From: Thermodesulfobacteriota bacterium
GTDB lineage: Bacteria > Desulfobacterota_D > UBA1144 > Nemesobacterales > Mycalebacteriaceae
Direction: 5' to 3'
DNA: 64,000 nt
Assembly: GCA_965198945.1 (NCBI GenBank)
Contig: CBDAQI010000011.1
Location: 41,881 to 105,880 of the forward strand
Positions 60,616 through 64,000 of this stretch are shown here, in pieces. A program made the position numbers and the translations under genes. Below the pieces are notes generated by a model. The model ran no database searches, was not told where the DNA came from, and saw nothing but the letters and a program-made list of their open reading frames with translations. The stretch's first letter is position 1. Every line of letters begins with the position of its first letter.

Positions 60616-62001
60616 GAGTCTTTAATCGCTTTCATTATGTCTTCAATGTTTGTGTATTTTACCCTGGGCCTGCCGGTTTTTGCCCCGCGTTCAGATTCCC
60701 GCTTGTCCAGCAGCGACCATTTTCTGTAACTTACATAGTCCGCCTTTTTTTTTCTCAAGCAGCTCCTCAATCGGACTTGCCGTCAATTCTTTGTTGAGGC
60801 TTGCGGTTTTGGAAAAATCTTCAATCATAATGTCCACCGTTTCCGTGGAATCCGCTTTGTTTGTTCCTATAATCCCGGTCGCTCCTCTTTTTATCCAGCC
60901 CGCCGTGTAGAGGCCCTCAACCGGTTTCCCGCCGGGCTTGTCAAGAACTCTGCCGTTTTCATTGGGGATTACACCAGCTTTTTCATCAAACGGAACGTCT
61001 TTGAGCGCTATGCCCCTGTAGCCGATTGAGCGGAATATGAGCCCCGCATCTATTTTTTCAGTCTCATCCGACCCGACTGCCGTGATGCTCCCGTCTTCCC
61101 TTTTCACGAGCTTGTTTCCGGTGAAGGTTACGCTTGAAGCCCGGTTGTTTTCATCCCCGTTAATGCTCACGGGCGAAAGCAGAAATCTCAGGTGAAGTTT
61201 TTTCTTTTTGTTTCTCACCCCCACAGAAAAGCCTCTTAAAATTTCAAGTTTTTTTTGAGTCGCCGTGTTGGGATTTTTTTCAAGAAAATCGCGTGTCAGA
61301 GGGTCAATTTCCATTTCCTCCGGGCACGTTACCACATCCGCATCTTCAAGGTTGCAGAGCTCTTTCAGTTCGGGATTTGTGAAAGCCGCCTGCGCGGGCC
61401 CTCTCCTTCCCACTATAAAAATTTCTTTTATACTGCTTGAAGCAAGTTTTTCCAGAGCGTAGTCGGCTATGTCTGTTTTCAACAGTTCCGCCCGGCTTTG
61501 ACACAAAATTCTGGCCACATCAACCGCAACATTGCCCACGCCTATTATCACTGCACGTTCGCATGACATATCAAAATCAAGGTCTGATGCGTAGGGATGC
61601 CCGTTATACCATGCGACAAAATCAGTCGCCGTGCAGCTTCCCGGCAGGTTTTCACCGGGGATTTTCATCTTTTTGTCAGTCTGTGCTCCGGTTGCAAAAA
61701 TTATTTGGTGATAGCGTTTTTTCAGGTCGTCAAGAAATATGTCTTTTCCGAATTCCACAAGACCGAAAAAACGGAAGTCCGGGTGGGACGCGATTTTGTC
61801 ATAAACTTTTGAGACGCTTTTGATTCTCTGGTGGTCCGGGGCGACTCCCTGACGCACAAGTCCGTGAGGGGTCGGCAGAAAGTCGAACATGTCAATTGCC
61901 GCCGGAACGGGGCTTTTTTTGAAAATTCTGTCCGCACTGTAGAAACCGGCCGGCCCCGACCCTATAATTGCAACAAGCATTTTTTCAGCCGCTTTTTTCA
62001 T
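60612..62001 (-). CDS. ferredoxin-NADP+ reductase (FprA/adrenodoxin reductase type); C-terminus frameshifted at an A9 tract
   Basis: IIGSGPAGFY, GVAPDH, GVGNVAVD, GRRGP, SIGYRG, GWIKRGATGIIGTNK; removing one base at 60745-60753 restores WSLLDKRESERG…GRPRVK. Confidence 0.85.
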
Positions 62002-62066
62002 TTTGTCTCCAATTTATCTTCAGACCGGCCGCCACTTTTATCGGTATAATGAGAGTGGGTCTCAAT

Positions 62067-64000
62067 ATGTCTCTAACCATTGTGGACAAAGAGCATCTTC
62101 ATCTGAAGATAGTTCAGGATATAAGTGATTTCGTCAATAAATCCACGGATCTTGACACCATCCTCAAAGGGGTGGTCAGCAAAATAAGCGAATCGCTTCA
62201 TTTTGAACTTGTGTCAGTATACATAACTGAAAGTGAGGGTGACAGTCTCCGCCTGATGGCGAATACGGTTTTTGACAATGAAACCGGAGCCCGCGAGCTT
62301 TCAACTGTTGAAGACATAGCCGCAATGATATCTGAGACCATGTTTCCGTTTGTAACGATGAACGTGTCTCAGCACCCGAAATATAAAACGGCCCCCGGCG
62401 ATCCTGAAGAGAAATATGACTGTTACCTTGGTGTCCCCATAGTTTTGAATAACCGCTGTGTAGGCGTTCTCGTGGGTCAGACAAGCGGCAGGCGCCACAT
62501 AACCCCCGCCGAGCAAACCCTGTTTGAGATAATAGCTTCCCGTCTTGCGGGTCTTCTGGAAGTTGCGGATACCCTTGACCGTCTGAATACGCCGTCAATT
62601 ATTCAGCACAAAACCAGAACCTATCAGGGCAAAGGGGCCTCTCCCGGAATCGGAGTGGGGCGTGTTTTTCTTATCAGGGGGCTTTTCGGAAGCATTGGCT
62701 CCGCTTCTTCCTCCCCTCAGTCCGCCGAGGAAGAAAAAAACCGTCTTCTTGAAGCGCTTTCAAGGGTTGAGAGAGATATGAAAGACCTGATAGAGGTTTT
62801 GAAAAAAGACAATGTTCTTTCCGAAAGCGAACTGGAGATTTTTGAAGCGCATCTGATGCTTCTTTCCAGCGAAAGCCCGGATTCTGTCAGAGGCGAGATG
62901 CTTTCACACATTGAAGGGGGCGGGGTGTCGGCGGAAACTGCGGTTGTTCAGGGCATTGAGTCAATTGCCGGAAGGTTTGAACATCATTCCGACAGATATG
63001 TAAGGGAGAAAGCGCAGGACTTCAGAGACATTGGTGAAAAACTGCTCCATGAACTTACGGGTCTCAAAGCCGGCCGTGGAGCGGAAACCAACGACTCTTT
63101 AATTCTGGCTGCGCGGGAAATAGGTCCGTCTTTTGTTTCAATGATCAGGAAAAACAAAATAGCGGGAGTCATAACGGAAACCGGAGGTGAAACTTCACAC
63201 GCGGTCATCATAGCAAGATCGCTCGGAATTCCGGTTGTCATAGGGGTGGAAAACATCTGTGAATTTATCAGTTCGGGAAACCTCGCCATTGTTGACGGAA
63301 AGACGGGCTTTGTTTTCATCAATCCGGATGAAACTCTAATAAATGAGTATGAAAAAAGCGGCAAAAGAATTGAGGAGATTCGCAATTTTTTTGAATCCGG
63401 AGGCGCACCGAAAACCGGAGTTGCCAGGGAAATATCCATTACCGCCAACATAGGTTTCCCGGTTGATGTTGACGTGGCTCTGCGTCAGAAGGTCGGGGAC
63501 GTCGGTCTGTTCAGAACCGAGTTCGCCTTCGCCCGTTTTGAAAAACCTCCGGGGGTTGAAGAGCAGACAAAAATATACGGTGATATCGCGGGCAGATTCA
63601 GCGGCCGTGTAACAGTCAGAACGCTTGACATAGGGGCGGATAAAGTTCTTCCGTATTTCAACATTCCCGAGGAGGAAAATCCGCTTCTGGGCTTGAGGGC
63701 AATCCGGTTTTCAATGGAGTATCTTGACCTGTTCAGAGAGCAGATAAAGTCCATACTGCTTGCCGCATCGGCCGGAGCACGGCTGAGGATTCTGCTTCCG
63801 ATGGTTTCAAACATCTGGGAGGTTGAGACCGCGAAACAGATTATGGACGATATTGCGTCAGAAGTGCGGCTCTGCCCCGCGGACATTCCCCCGCTCGGTG
63901 TGATGCTTGAGGTTCCGGCGCTCGTGCCGCTCATTGACGAATATGCGGGGATTGTTGACTTTATCTCAGTCGGAACAAATGACCTTGTTCAATATCTGCT
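62067..64000 (+). CDS. ptsP: GAF-domain PEP-protein phosphotransferase (enzyme I-Ntr), partial
   Basis: Manual translation: N-terminal GAF (YLGVPIV), GASPGIGVG, IFEAHL, GGETSHAVIIARSLGIP, GLFRTEF, RTLDIGADK, EENPLLGLR, MLEVP, SVGTNDL; no stop before the window end. Confidence 0.92.
   Translation, partial: MSLTIVDKEHLHLKIVQDISDFVNKSTDLDTILKGVVSKISESLHFELVSVYITESEGDSLRLMANTVFDNETGARELSTVEDIAAMISETMFPFVTMNVSQHPKYKTAPGDPEEKYDCYLGVPIVLNNRCVGVLVGQTSGRRHITPAEQTLFEIIASRLAGLLEVADTLDRLNTPSIIQHKTRTYQGKGASPGIGVGRVFLIRGLFGSIGSASSSPQSAEEEKNRLLEALSRVERDMKDLIEVLKKDNVLSESELEIFEAHLMLLSSESPDSVRGEMLSHIEGGGVSAETAVVQGIESIAGRFEHHSDRYVREKAQDFRDIGEKLLHELTGLKAGRGAETNDSLILAAREIGPSFVSMIRKNKIAGVITETGGETSHAVIIARSLGIPVVIGVENICEFISSGNLAIVDGKTGFVFINPDETLINEYEKSGKRIEEIRNFFESGGAPKTGVAREISITANIGFPVDVDVALRQKVGDVGLFRTEFAFARFEKPPGVEEQTKIYGDIAGRFSGRVTVRTLDIGADKVLPYFNIPEEENPLLGLRAIRFSMEYLDLFREQIKSILLAASAGARLRILLPMVSNIWEVETAKQIMDDIASEVRLCPADIPPLGVMLEVPALVPLIDEYAGIVDFISVGTNDLVQYL

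Noticed and set aside
62176-63934. Minus-strand ORFs at the window end
   Set aside because: They are shadows of the plus-strand ptsP frame, which the ORF track omits because it has no stop inside the window

Overview
Bacterial chromosomal window, mostly housekeeping. It holds the complete str-S10-spc-alpha ribosomal protein superoperon (23.0-42.0 kb, with no rpmD/L30), tRNA-Phe(GAA), tRNA-Ser(CGA), tmRNA, uvrC, miaB-ispH, glnK-amtB-porin, a reduced pilM-pilN/P-pilQ locus, rnr, dinG, alr-mlaEFD, smpB, rdgB-pyrG, an RNase II-family gene, a ferredoxin-NADP reductase and a GAF-containing ptsP that runs off the end. The proteins look like those of a diderm, deltaproteobacteria-like lineage, possibly a host-associated Ca. 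Dadabacteria-type organism (inference only). Signs of gene decay are two in-frame TAA stops, a 5-bp duplication frameshift, a deletion junction and six +1 homopolymer frameshifts, all outside the ribosomal operon. Most unusual observations: (i) four tandem, exactly spaced TTGACA-N17-TAnnnT promoter units in front of glnK-amtB-porin; (ii) a single small ORF that appears to fuse the PilN N-terminus to a PilP-like domain with no PilO; (iii) an orphan phage tail-fibre-like gene whose carbohydrate-binding-type module is split by an AT-rich cassette; (iv) a degenerate duplicate of the ssrA promoter and 5' end in front of an inserted gene; (v) CGTC-type REP/REPIN palindromes, one inserted in frame in dinG; (vi) a tuf gene with sharply different G/T-biased composition; (vii) an unassigned ~93-nt structured RNA candidate. 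No database searches were run; all family calls rest on motif recognition.
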